Positions 56,901 to 64,000 of a stretch of 64,000 bases of DNA are shown one piece after another (the stretch's first letter is position 1; each line of letters begins with the position of its first letter). The translations under genes were made by a program, and so were the position numbers. Origin of the DNA: an uncultured Ruminococcus sp. (GTDB lineage Bacteria; Bacillota; Clostridia; Oscillospirales; Ruminococcaceae); NCBI RefSeq assembly GCF_946415235.1, contig NZ_CAMKRR010000009.1, forward strand, positions 1,276 to 65,275. Reading direction: 5' to 3'. A model generated the notes under the pieces. The model saw only the letters and a list, made by a program, of their open reading frames with translations, had not been told where the DNA came from and made no database searches.

Positions 56901-58504
56901 CAGGCGTTGGTCTTATTTCTCCTCCGCCCCACCATGATATCTACTCTATCGAAGATCTTGCACAGCTTATCTACGATCTCAAAAATGCCAACGACAAGGC
57001 TCGTATCTCAGTAAAACTCGTATCCGAGGCAGGCGTAGGAACTGTTGCGGCAGGCGTTGCAAAGGCAGGAGCACAGGTCATCCTTATTTCGGGCTACGAC
57101 GGAGGTACGGGAGCGGCTCCAAAGAGCTCCATATACAATGCAGGACTTCCGTGGGAGCTTGGACTTGCCGAGGCTCATCAGACACTTATGCTCAACGGTC
57201 TGCGTTCAAGAGTACGTATTGAAACAGACGGCAAGCTCATGACAGGTCGTGATGTACTTGTTGCAGCTCTTCTCGGTGCCGAGGAATTCGGCTTTGCAAC
57301 AGCTCCGCTGGTAACAATGGGCTGTGTTATGATGAGGGTCTGCAACCTCGACACCTGCCCTATGGGTATAGCAACACAGAATCCCGAGCTCAGGAAGCGT
57401 TTCCGCGGAAAGCCTGAATATATCATAAACTTCATGCACTTCATAGCACAGGAGCTCCGTGAATATATGGCTAAGCTCGGAATACGCACAGTTGACGAGC
57501 TTGTGGGACGCACAGATTTTCTCCGCATAAAGGACAGTGCGGCTGAAAAGAATATCGACTTTACCAATATACTTGCAAACAGCACAGTTGACAGCAAAAA
57601 ACATTTTGTCGCTGACGATATTTACGATTTTGAACTTGACAAGACCATAGACCGCCGTGTTATAATAAAGAAGCTGGGAAGTGCGCTGAAAAACGGAACT
57701 TCCAAGTCGATTTCCATTAACGTTGTGAATACAGACCGCTCCGTAGGAACTCTCACAGGTGCGGAGATAACACGGATCCACGGTGAAAACGTACTTGCTG
57801 ACGATACATTTACAGTGATATGCACTGGCAGCGGCGGACAGTCCTTCGGCGCTTTCATACCTAAAGGACTTACACTGGAGCTTTGCGGTGACAGCAACGA
57901 TTACTTCGGAAAGGGACTGTCGGGCGGCAAGCTGATACTCTGTCCGCCTAAGGGTTCAGCATTCAAAGCTGACGAGAATATCATCGTCGGAAATGTGGCT
58001 CTCTACGGAGCTACCTCGGGCAAGGCATTCATCAACGGCGTTGCAGGCGAACGCTTCTGCGTAAGGAATTCGGGAGCTACTGCAGTCTGCGAGGGCGTGG
58101 GTGACCACGGCTGCGAGTACATGACAGGCGGACGTGCCGTTATTCTCGGACGAACAGGAAAGAACTTTGCAGCAGGTATGTCGGGCGGTATAGCATATGT
58201 CCTCGACGAGGAGCATGATCTCTATACACGTCTCAACAAAGCTTTGGTTTCCCTTGAAACCGTCATCGATGAAGAAGACATCGCAGAGCTTAAGGCCATG
58301 ATCTCCGAACACGCAGAGGCTACAGGTTCTGAAAAGGCAAAGCAGATACTTGCTGATTTCGAGCGCTATCTGCCATGCTTCAAGAAGGTTATACCCCACG
58401 ATTTTGCGAAGATACAAACCACAGTAACAAAACTTGAAAAATCAGGCGTGAGCAGCGAACAGGCTATGATAGAAGCATTCGAGCTCATCAGAAAGGAGGC
58501 GTGA
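53960..58504 (+). CDS. gltB: Glutamate synthase large subunit (start GTG 53960 or ATG 53969)
   Basis: EHDNCGIG, HSRFSTNT.PSW, EPWDGPA, GAMSYGSIS, QGAKPGEGGHLP, CVMMRVCNLDTCP.GIATQ, GXGXG C-terminus. Confidence 0.98.
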   Translation: MNDMDNFRREAPYVQQGLYDPRFEHDNCGIGAVVNIKGEASRYVVDSALTIVEKLEHRAGKDAEGKTGDGVGILVQMPYSFFTEEIKKLGAELGENGDFGVGMFFFPQNELRRDRAKKLFEKITDNNGMDFICWREVPTSPSILGHKALSSMPCIMQAFLRRPENCKRGLDFDRRLFIARREFEQSNEDTYVCSLSSRTIVYKGMFLVDELRRFYADLRSEDFTSAIAMVHSRFSTNTNPSWQKAHPNRFIVHNGEINTITGNADKMLAREETMTCETLKNDMHRILPAINVNGSDSARLDNALEFMVMSGMPLPLAVMITIPEPWKNDKTISKAKYDFYQYYATMMEPWDGPASILFSDGDVMGAVLDRNGLRPSRYCITSDGFLILSSETGCIDIAPENIVKKDRLRPGKMLLADTKQGRIIEDDEIKNTYASRQPYGEWLDANLVRLHDLHIPNKGVQTYSKDELAKLHKAFGYSYEDIRTSILPMAEKGAEPIASMGSDIPLPPLDKQSPPLFNYFRQLFAQVTNPPFDAIREEIVTDTSVYIGKDGNILEECPENCHVLKIENPILTETDMLKIKALDRKGLKSAVIPITYYIGTSLDKAIERLFIEADKAYRDGASILILSDRGVDEYHCPIPSLLAVSALQQHLVSTKKRTAVAMILESAEPREVHHFAALLGYGACAVNPYLAHETIRSLIEEGSLDKDFYAAEDDYNSAILHGIVKIASKMGISTIQSYQGSKLFEAVGISQELIDSCFAGTVSRIGGIGLADISRRTEALHTAAYDPLGLHVSSEVKSAGSHKLRSGKSDHLYTPETIHLLQQAAWTGSYETFKKYSEALTREDNELTLRSLLDFNFDSANEIPLDEVESVESICTRFKTGAMSYGSISQEAHECMAVAMNSIGGKSNSGEGGESPERLRSDKCSAIKQVASGRFGVTSEYLVSAQEIQIKMAQGAKPGEGGHLPSGKVYPWIAKTRHSTAGVGLISPPPHHDIYSIEDLAQLIYDLKNANDKARISVKLVSEAGVGTVAAGVAKAGAQVILISGYDGGTGAAPKSSIYNAGLPWELGLAEAHQTLMLNGLRSRVRIETDGKLMTGRDVLVAALLGAEEFGFATAPLVTMGCVMMRVCNLDTCPMGIATQNPELRKRFRGKPEYIINFMHFIAQELREYMAKLGIRTVDELVGRTDFLRIKDSAAEKNIDFTNILANSTVDSKKHFVADDIYDFELDKTIDRRVIIKKLGSALKNGTSKSISINVVNTDRSVGTLTGAEITRIHGENVLADDTFTVICTGSGGQSFGAFIPKGLTLELCGDSNDYFGKGLSGGKLILCPPKGSAFKADENIIVGNVALYGATSGKAFINGVAGERFCVRNSGATAVCEGVGDHGCEYMTGGRAVILGRTGKNFAAGMSGGIAYVLDEEHDLYTRLNKALVSLETVIDEEDIAELKAMISEHAEATGSEKAKQILADFERYLPCFKKVIPHDFAKIQTTVTKLEKSGVSSEQAMIEAFELIRKEA

Positions 58505-58507
58505 GCC

Positions 58508-59992
58508 ATGGGAAAAGCTACAGGATTTCTTGAATATTCAAGAACGGAAACAACTGCAAAGGAGCCTCTTGAGCGCATAAAGAACTTTAATGAGTTCCAT
58601 ATTCCGCTCAGTGAAGAGCACCGCCGCGAACAGGCTTCACGCTGCATGGACTGCGGAGTCCCCTTCTGTCAGAACGGTAAAATGCTCTGCGGCATGATAT
58701 CAGGCTGCCCGCTGAACAACCTCATTCCCGAATGGAACGATCTGCTTTATCACGGTCAGAAAGAATTGGCGCTGAACCGTCTGCTCATGACCAACAACTT
58801 CCCCGAGTTCACATCAAGGGTATGTCCAGCACTCTGTGAAAAGGCTTGTATCTGCGGTGTTAACGATTCACCCGTAACTACAAAGGAGAACGAGAATTCA
58901 ATCATCGAATTCGGCTTCGCAAAGGGTCTTATGCAGCCGCAGATACCCGCTGTAAGGAGCGGCAAGTATGTCGCAGTCATAGGCTCTGGTCCCTCGGGAC
59001 TTGCTGCTGCTGATACTCTCAATAAGCGCGGTCACAGTGTAACTGTATTTGAGCGCTCCGACCGTGTCGGTGGTCTGCTTATGTACGGTATCCCTAATAT
59101 GAAGCTTGAAAAGCATATCATAGAGCGCCGAGTTGAGCTCATGAAAGCTGAGGGCGTTGAATTCAGAACGAATTCAAATGTGGGCGAAAATGTTTCCGCC
59201 GATGAAATACTCGGCAGCTTTGATGCTGTCGTACTTGCCTGCGGTTCGTCAAATCCCCGTGATATAAAAGCTGAAGGACGTGACGCAGAGGGCATATACT
59301 TCGCAGTGGATTTCCTCAAAGCAACTACAAAGAGCCTGCTTGACTCAGAGCTTACAGACGGCAAGTTTATTTCCGCCAAGGACAAGAACGTTGTTATCAT
59401 AGGAGGAGGCGATACAGGTAATGACTGTGTCGGAACTTCCGTCCGTCATGGCTGCAAGTCAGTTGTTCAGCTTGAAATGATGCCTAAGCTCCCCGACGAG
59501 AGAGCCGAGAACAACCCATTCCCCGAGTGGCCGAGAGTCTGCAAGACCGATTACGGTCAGGAAGAAGCAATAGCGCTATTCGGACATGATCCGCGAATCT
59601 ACTGCACAACAGTCAAGGAATTCATCAAGGACGAAAGCGGCAAGCTTTCTGCTATAAAGGCAGTAAAGCTAAGCTACGGCACAGATCCCGAAACTGGCAG
59701 ACGCACTATGAACGAGATCGAAGGAAGCGAAGAGATCATCCCCTGCGAGCTTTGTCTCATTGCAGCAGGATTTCTCGGCTGTCAGCAGTATATCGCAGAC
59801 GCTTTCGGCGTATCACTTGACCAGCGCACAAACGTAAAAACAGCACCCGGCAAACATTCCACAGATGTTGATAAGGTATTCACAGCAGGCGATATGCACA
59901 TAGGACAGTCCCTTGTGGTCCGTGCTATCCGTGAGGGACGCGACGCCGCGGCAGAGGTCGATGAATACCTTATGGGATACACCAATTTATGA
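58508..59992 (+). CDS. gltD: Glutamate synthase small subunit
   Basis: QASRCMDCGVPFC, NNFPEFT.RVCPA.CE..C, GSGPSGL, GGGDTGNDC, VF.AGD...GQSLVV.AI.EGR. Confidence 0.97.
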   Translation: MGKATGFLEYSRTETTAKEPLERIKNFNEFHIPLSEEHRREQASRCMDCGVPFCQNGKMLCGMISGCPLNNLIPEWNDLLYHGQKELALNRLLMTNNFPEFTSRVCPALCEKACICGVNDSPVTTKENENSIIEFGFAKGLMQPQIPAVRSGKYVAVIGSGPSGLAAADTLNKRGHSVTVFERSDRVGGLLMYGIPNMKLEKHIIERRVELMKAEGVEFRTNSNVGENVSADEILGSFDAVVLACGSSNPRDIKAEGRDAEGIYFAVDFLKATTKSLLDSELTDGKFISAKDKNVVIIGGGDTGNDCVGTSVRHGCKSVVQLEMMPKLPDERAENNPFPEWPRVCKTDYGQEEAIALFGHDPRIYCTTVKEFIKDESGKLSAIKAVKLSYGTDPETGRRTMNEIEGSEEIIPCELCLIAAGFLGCQQYIADAFGVSLDQRTNVKTAPGKHSTDVDKVFTAGDMHIGQSLVVRAIREGRDAAAEVDEYLMGYTNL

Positions 59993-60005
59993 TACGGAGG
60001 CTAAA

Positions 60006-61280
60006 ATGATCTATTCAGAAAATGAGATATTGCAGTATATTGAGGAAAATGACGTTAAGTTCGTAAAGCTTACATTCTGCGACTTGAAAGGCAGACTAAA
60101 AAACATATCTGTCCTTTCATCAGAGCTTGCAATGACCTTTGAGCGCGGAGTCCGCATAACCGCTAAGAAAATAGCAGGCTTCGAGGCAGCAAACGGAAAA
60201 GATCTTTTCCTCTTCCCCGACGCTCAGACAATGACTGTTCTCCCGTGGAGACCTCAGCAGGGCAGAGTAATCAGAATGTTCTGCTATATCCGTTACGCTG
60301 ACGGCACTCCGTTCGAGGGAGACGGCAGATACTTCCTCAAAAAGGCAATGAAAGCGGCAGTTGCGGCAGGCTACTGCTTCCGCTTCGGAACATCATGCGA
60401 ATTCACGCTTTTCCATAAGGACGCAAACGGGCTCCCGACAAAAACTCCCCATGATTATGCGGGCTACTGCGATGTTGCTCCCGACGACAAGGGTGAGAAT
60501 ATACGCCGCGATGTTTGCCTCACTCTCGAACAGATGGGTATACATCCCATATCATCTCGCCATGAGAGCGGCTGCGGACAGCATGAGATAGACTTCAATG
60601 CCTCATCTGCATTAAAAGCGGCTGATACGTTCCTCAGTTTCAAATCCGCTGTAAAATCTGTAGCGGAGACACACGATGTCCACGCAAGCTTCATGCCAAA
60701 GCCTCTTCGCAGCGACTGCGGCAACGGTATGCATATCAGCTTCAATGTCTTCCCCGACAATGATATGCTAGAGGAAACAAAAAACAATAATGAACTTCTT
60801 AAAAGTGCAGCAGCAGGTATAATGAAGCATATCCGTGAATTTACTCTTTTCACGAATTCGACTGTGAATTCTTACGAAAGGCTCGGTGAATTCACTGCTC
60901 CCCGTGACGTAATCTGGTCAGACGAGGAAGGAGCTCAGCTTATACGCATTAATCCTGAAAGCGAAAACACCTGTGTTGAATTACGTGCCGCCGATTGTGT
61001 GTGCGATCCGTATTTCGTTCTCGGTCTGATGATATATTCGGCACTTGAGGGCATCGAAGGAAAGCTTGCACTGCCCGAAAAGAACAGCGGCACGGAACGT
61101 CTTCCCTCAAACCTTGAGGAAGCGGCCTCCTGCACGGAAAGTTCTGATTTTGTTAAGAAATACGTGCCGTCAAATATACTTGATGTGCTGATATATTACA
61201 GTCATGAAGAGTGGCGCGTGTATTCTTCGGCATATGACAAGGATGCATTTGAGGAAAAACACTATTTTTACAGTCTCTGA
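60006..61280 (+). CDS. Glutamine synthetase type I-like protein with degenerate active site (probable pseudo-enzyme)
   Basis: ATG 60006 after ggagg. GS-I scaffold (VKFVKL.F.DL.G.LKN, FPD..T..VLPW, GQHEI, FMPKP, GMH, ELR) with GPExEF changed to GTSCEF, GYEAP to EFTAP and NR to EG. Confidence 0.82.
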   Translation: MIYSENEILQYIEENDVKFVKLTFCDLKGRLKNISVLSSELAMTFERGVRITAKKIAGFEAANGKDLFLFPDAQTMTVLPWRPQQGRVIRMFCYIRYADGTPFEGDGRYFLKKAMKAAVAAGYCFRFGTSCEFTLFHKDANGLPTKTPHDYAGYCDVAPDDKGENIRRDVCLTLEQMGIHPISSRHESGCGQHEIDFNASSALKAADTFLSFKSAVKSVAETHDVHASFMPKPLRSDCGNGMHISFNVFPDNDMLEETKNNNELLKSAAAGIMKHIREFTLFTNSTVNSYERLGEFTAPRDVIWSDEEGAQLIRINPESENTCVELRAADCVCDPYFVLGLMIYSALEGIEGKLALPEKNSGTERLPSNLEEAASCTESSDFVKKYVPSNILDVLIYYSHEEWRVYSSAYDKDAFEEKHYFYSL

Positions 61281-61292
61281 CGGAGGTAAGCT

Positions 61293-61874
61293 TTGGAAAA
61301 AATTCTTGTAGTTTCAAGTAATAAGACCGCCTCTGAAGCTCTTGTGAATTTCCTCCGTGATTCATTCAGATGTACGCCCAAACTCGTCGAATCAGCCTAT
61401 CAGGCAAAGACAGTTTTCGACGCCGACCCGTCTGTGGAGCTCGCAGTTATCAACTCTCCGCTTATGGACGAATCGGGCTTTGAGCTTGCGGAATACATCA
61501 TCGAAAATACCACTGCAAACTGCATTTTCATGATAAAAGAGGAGCAGACAGAAAAAATTGCAGGACGAGCCGAAAAGACAGGTATTATCATAGTCGGCAA
61601 GCCGTTCAGCCGTACTCTCCTTTACCAGCTTGTGAAAACTCTTGATATCGCCGTAAACCGTTCACTGAAGCTTTACGAGGAGAACCGTCGTCTTGAAGAA
61701 AAGATCGACGAGATACAGACGATTGACAAGGCAAAGTTCATGCTCATGCAGTACAAGGGTATGACAGAGGATGAAGCACACGCTTATCTTGAACAGTACG
61801 CTATGAATAAACGCAAGAAGAAAAGTCTTGCGGCTCTGGCAATAATCGATAAGCTGAGTGAGCAATACTTATAA
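61293..61874 (+). CDS. ANTAR-domain RNA-binding antiterminator with pseudo-receiver domain
   Basis: TTG after ggaggt. Receiver fold lacks the acidic pocket (VVSSN) and has Asn54 at the phospho-Asp position; KPF retained; coiled coil; IDKAKFMLM...GMTEDEAHAYLEQYAMNKR. Confidence 0.92.
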   Translation: MEKILVVSSNKTASEALVNFLRDSFRCTPKLVESAYQAKTVFDADPSVELAVINSPLMDESGFELAEYIIENTTANCIFMIKEEQTEKIAGRAEKTGIIIVGKPFSRTLLYQLVKTLDIAVNRSLKLYEENRRLEEKIDEIQTIDKAKFMLMQYKGMTEDEAHAYLEQYAMNKRKKKSLAALAIIDKLSEQYL

Positions 61875-61888
61875 GTGAGGCGTAGGAA

Positions 61889-63310
61889 ATGTTTGACAGT
61901 ATCCACGAAGAATGCGGTGTTTTCGGAATATACGAAAACAAAACTTCTGACGTTGCCGCATCTGTATATTTCGGGCTGTATGCGCTCCAGCACAGAGGTC
62001 AGGAGAGCTGCGGCATAACTGTCTGTGATGACGGTATCTTCAGGCATAAGCGTGCAGACGGACTTGTCTCCGAGGTGTTCGGCAGAGAAGAGCTCGACAA
62101 GCTCGGCAACGGAAACATGGCTGTAGGACACGTCCGTTACTCCACAACAGGCGGACATAATCACAATAATATCCAGCCCCTTGTAATACGCCATATCAAG
62201 GGCAATATGGCGCTCGTTCATAACGGCAATCTTGTCAATGCGGCAGAACTCCGCCGTTCCTTTGAGATGTCGGGAGCTATCTTTCACGGCACCTCGGACA
62301 CAGAGGCGATAGCTTATTCCATAGTGCGTGAACGACTTACAACAGGTTCGACCGAACAGGCTGTTGAACGTGCAATGCCCAGCATCAAGGGAGCATACTC
62401 ATGCATACTCATGACTGCTACAAAGCTGATAGCCTTTCGTGACCCGGACGGCTTCCGTCCGCTGTGTATCGGCAGAACTCATGACGGAGCTTATGTTGTT
62501 GCTTCCGAGTCCTGCGCTCTTGAAACAGTGGGTGCGGAGTTCCTGCGTGATATTGACGCGGGAGAAATTGTCGTCATAGGCAGGGACGGATTGCAGTCCA
62601 TACGCACAAACTGCACAACAAGGCGCAATATCTGCATTTTCGAGTACATCTACTTTGCTCGTCCCGATTCTGTTATCGAGGGCATATCAGTTCACCACGC
62701 GAGACTTTCTGCAGGTAGGCTCCTTGCAAAAAGCAGTCCTGTTGATGCAGATATAGTTATCGGCGTTCCCGATTCGGGACTTGATGCGGCTCTCGGTTAT
62801 GCCAACGAAAGCGGTATACCATACGGTATCGGCTTCATCAAGAACAAATACATCGGCCGCAGCTTCATTCAGCCCGAACAGCACCAGCGCGAAAACGCAG
62901 TAAAGATAAAGCTTAACGCCGTCCGTGAGAGCGTTTCGGGCAAGCGCGTTATAATGATTGATGATTCCATAGTCCGCGGCACTACAAGCGCAAGGATAGT
63001 AAAGCTGCTGCGCGAAGCAGGAGCAAAGGAAGTTCATGTCCGCATCTCTTCACCACCTTTTCTTCACACCTGCCACTTCGGCACGGATATCGACTCGGAG
63101 GAGAATCTCATTGCCGGCAAATGCAGCTCAACAGATGAGATAGCAAAGTATATCGGCGCTGACAGTCTTGCATACCTGCCTGTTGAATGTCTCGGTGAGC
63201 TCGTTGACAACCGTTTCGGCTACTGCAAGGGCTGCTTCACAGGAGCTTATCCCGTAGACATTTCAGGTGCAGGGAGCAAAAATAAGTTCGACGAGAAAAT
63301 ACACAAATAA
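61889..63310 (+). CDS. purF: Amidophosphoribosyltransferase
   Basis: HEECGVFG, LQHRGQE, GHVRYST, HNGNL, VPDSG, IDDSIVRGTT, GTDI. Confidence 0.97.
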   Translation: MFDSIHEECGVFGIYENKTSDVAASVYFGLYALQHRGQESCGITVCDDGIFRHKRADGLVSEVFGREELDKLGNGNMAVGHVRYSTTGGHNHNNIQPLVIRHIKGNMALVHNGNLVNAAELRRSFEMSGAIFHGTSDTEAIAYSIVRERLTTGSTEQAVERAMPSIKGAYSCILMTATKLIAFRDPDGFRPLCIGRTHDGAYVVASESCALETVGAEFLRDIDAGEIVVIGRDGLQSIRTNCTTRRNICIFEYIYFARPDSVIEGISVHHARLSAGRLLAKSSPVDADIVIGVPDSGLDAALGYANESGIPYGIGFIKNKYIGRSFIQPEQHQRENAVKIKLNAVRESVSGKRVIMIDDSIVRGTTSARIVKLLREAGAKEVHVRISSPPFLHTCHFGTDIDSEENLIAGKCSSTDEIAKYIGADSLAYLPVECLGELVDNRFGYCKGCFTGAYPVDISGAGSKNKFDEKIHK

Positions 63311-63340
63311 ACTGCGGAACAGAAACGCTTCAAAATAAGC

Positions 63341-63366
63341 CTTGTACATCAATGGCGATGTACAAG
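63341..63366 (+). promoter_or_regulatory. ANTAR-type hairpin upstream of asnB
   Basis: Perfect 10-bp stem CUUGUACAUC-AAUGGC-GAUGUACAAG. Confidence 0.7.
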
Positions 63367-63408
63367 TGATATCAAGTAAAATATACCTATTATTCGGAGG
63401 GATTTACT

Positions 63409-64000
63409 ATGTGTACGATAATGGCATACTGCGGTGTAGGCGGTATGGAAAAGGTCACGGAGGGACTTAAAGCAACAGTCTCACGCGGACCTGACGATCA
63501 GAGAATAACTGAAGTTGCAGGAGGAGTACTCGGATTTCAGAGACTGTCCATAATGGGACTTACTCCCGAGGGGATGCAGCCATTTGAACTTGATGGCAGC
63601 TCTGTTATATGCAACGGCGAGATATATGGTTTCAGAAAGCTGCGCGATGAACTCATCAAAAAGGGCTACAGCTTTAAAAGTGACAGTGACTGCGAGATAC
63701 TTCTTCCGCTTTATAAGGAATACGGTACTGATATGTTCGCAAAGCTTGACGCTGAGTTTGCCTGCGTGATATACGACGGCGCAGCGAAAGAATTCATTGC
63801 AGCCCGTGACCCCATAGGCATTCGTCCGCTGTACTACGGCAAGTCCTATGACGGCACGATCGTCTTTGCAAGTGAAGCAAAGAACCTTGTCAGGATTTGC
63901 AGAAAGGTAATGCCTTTCCCGCCAGGTCACTACTTCAAGGGCGGAGAATTTCACTGCTACTGCGACATCACAGCTGTTGACAAGGTCATTCACGATGATA
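63409..64000 (+). CDS. asnB: Asparagine synthase (glutamine-hydrolysing), 3' truncated; absent from the supplied ORF track
   Basis: ggaggg RBS, then MCTIMAY...RGPD...GFQRLSIMGL...QPF...CNGEIY...SDCE.LLPLY...LDAEFA...ARDPIGIRPLYYG...FASEAK.L...FPPGHY. Confidence 0.95.
   Translation, partial: MCTIMAYCGVGGMEKVTEGLKATVSRGPDDQRITEVAGGVLGFQRLSIMGLTPEGMQPFELDGSSVICNGEIYGFRKLRDELIKKGYSFKSDSDCEILLPLYKEYGTDMFAKLDAEFACVIYDGAAKEFIAARDPIGIRPLYYGKSYDGTIVFASEAKNLVRICRKVMPFPPGHYFKGGEFHCYCDITAVDKVIHDD

Noticed and set aside
59913..60005. 31-aa N-terminal extension of the GS-like ORF overlapping gltD
   Set aside because: A better start with GGAGG at 60006 matches the GS-I N-terminus.

Overview
A 64-kb chromosomal window from a cellulosome-producing Ruminococcus flavefaciens-like bacterium (Oscillospiraceae), inferred from six dockerin-bearing genes carrying R. 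flavefaciens-type dockerins. No rRNA, tRNA, CRISPR array, transposase or phage genes were seen. Layout: 1-4.4 kb housekeeping operon (DUF2156, DJ-1, 5-formyl-THF cyclo-ligase, mltG, U32). 4.4-6.0 kb AT-rich ExbB/ExbD-like three-gene unit. 7-15 kb GH5_4 cellulase flanked by a sugar-sensor/degenerate-GGDEF/AraC regulator, an EAL-PAS protein and a sugar-sensor diguanylate cyclase. 15-47.6 kb accessory region: GH43_24-like, CotH kinase-dockerin, two back-to-back ECF sigma/anti-sigma pairs, a catalytically dead GH9, a GAF-GGDEF-EAL protein, a two-component system with ABC transporter, an Imm26 fusion, a papain-like protein and a triple GH11-fold protein. 47.7-64 kb divergent nitrogen-assimilation cluster (pyrG-glnA(III)-dapF-dapL / gltB-gltD-GS-like-ANTAR-purF-asnB). 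Best candidates for undescribed biology: (1) a degenerate glutamine synthetase paired with a pseudo-receiver ANTAR protein, whose two divergent target leaders share the layout ANTAR-type hairpin / terminator / second ANTAR-type hairpin; (2) an anti-sigma-like gene with an internal Shine-Dalgarno, ATG and complete second signal peptide, suggesting two isoforms (membrane sensor and secreted multi-dockerin protein); (3) dockerin-bearing pseudo-CAZymes (dead GH9, degenerate GH11 repeats). All domain calls are by motif recognition only; no database search was run.
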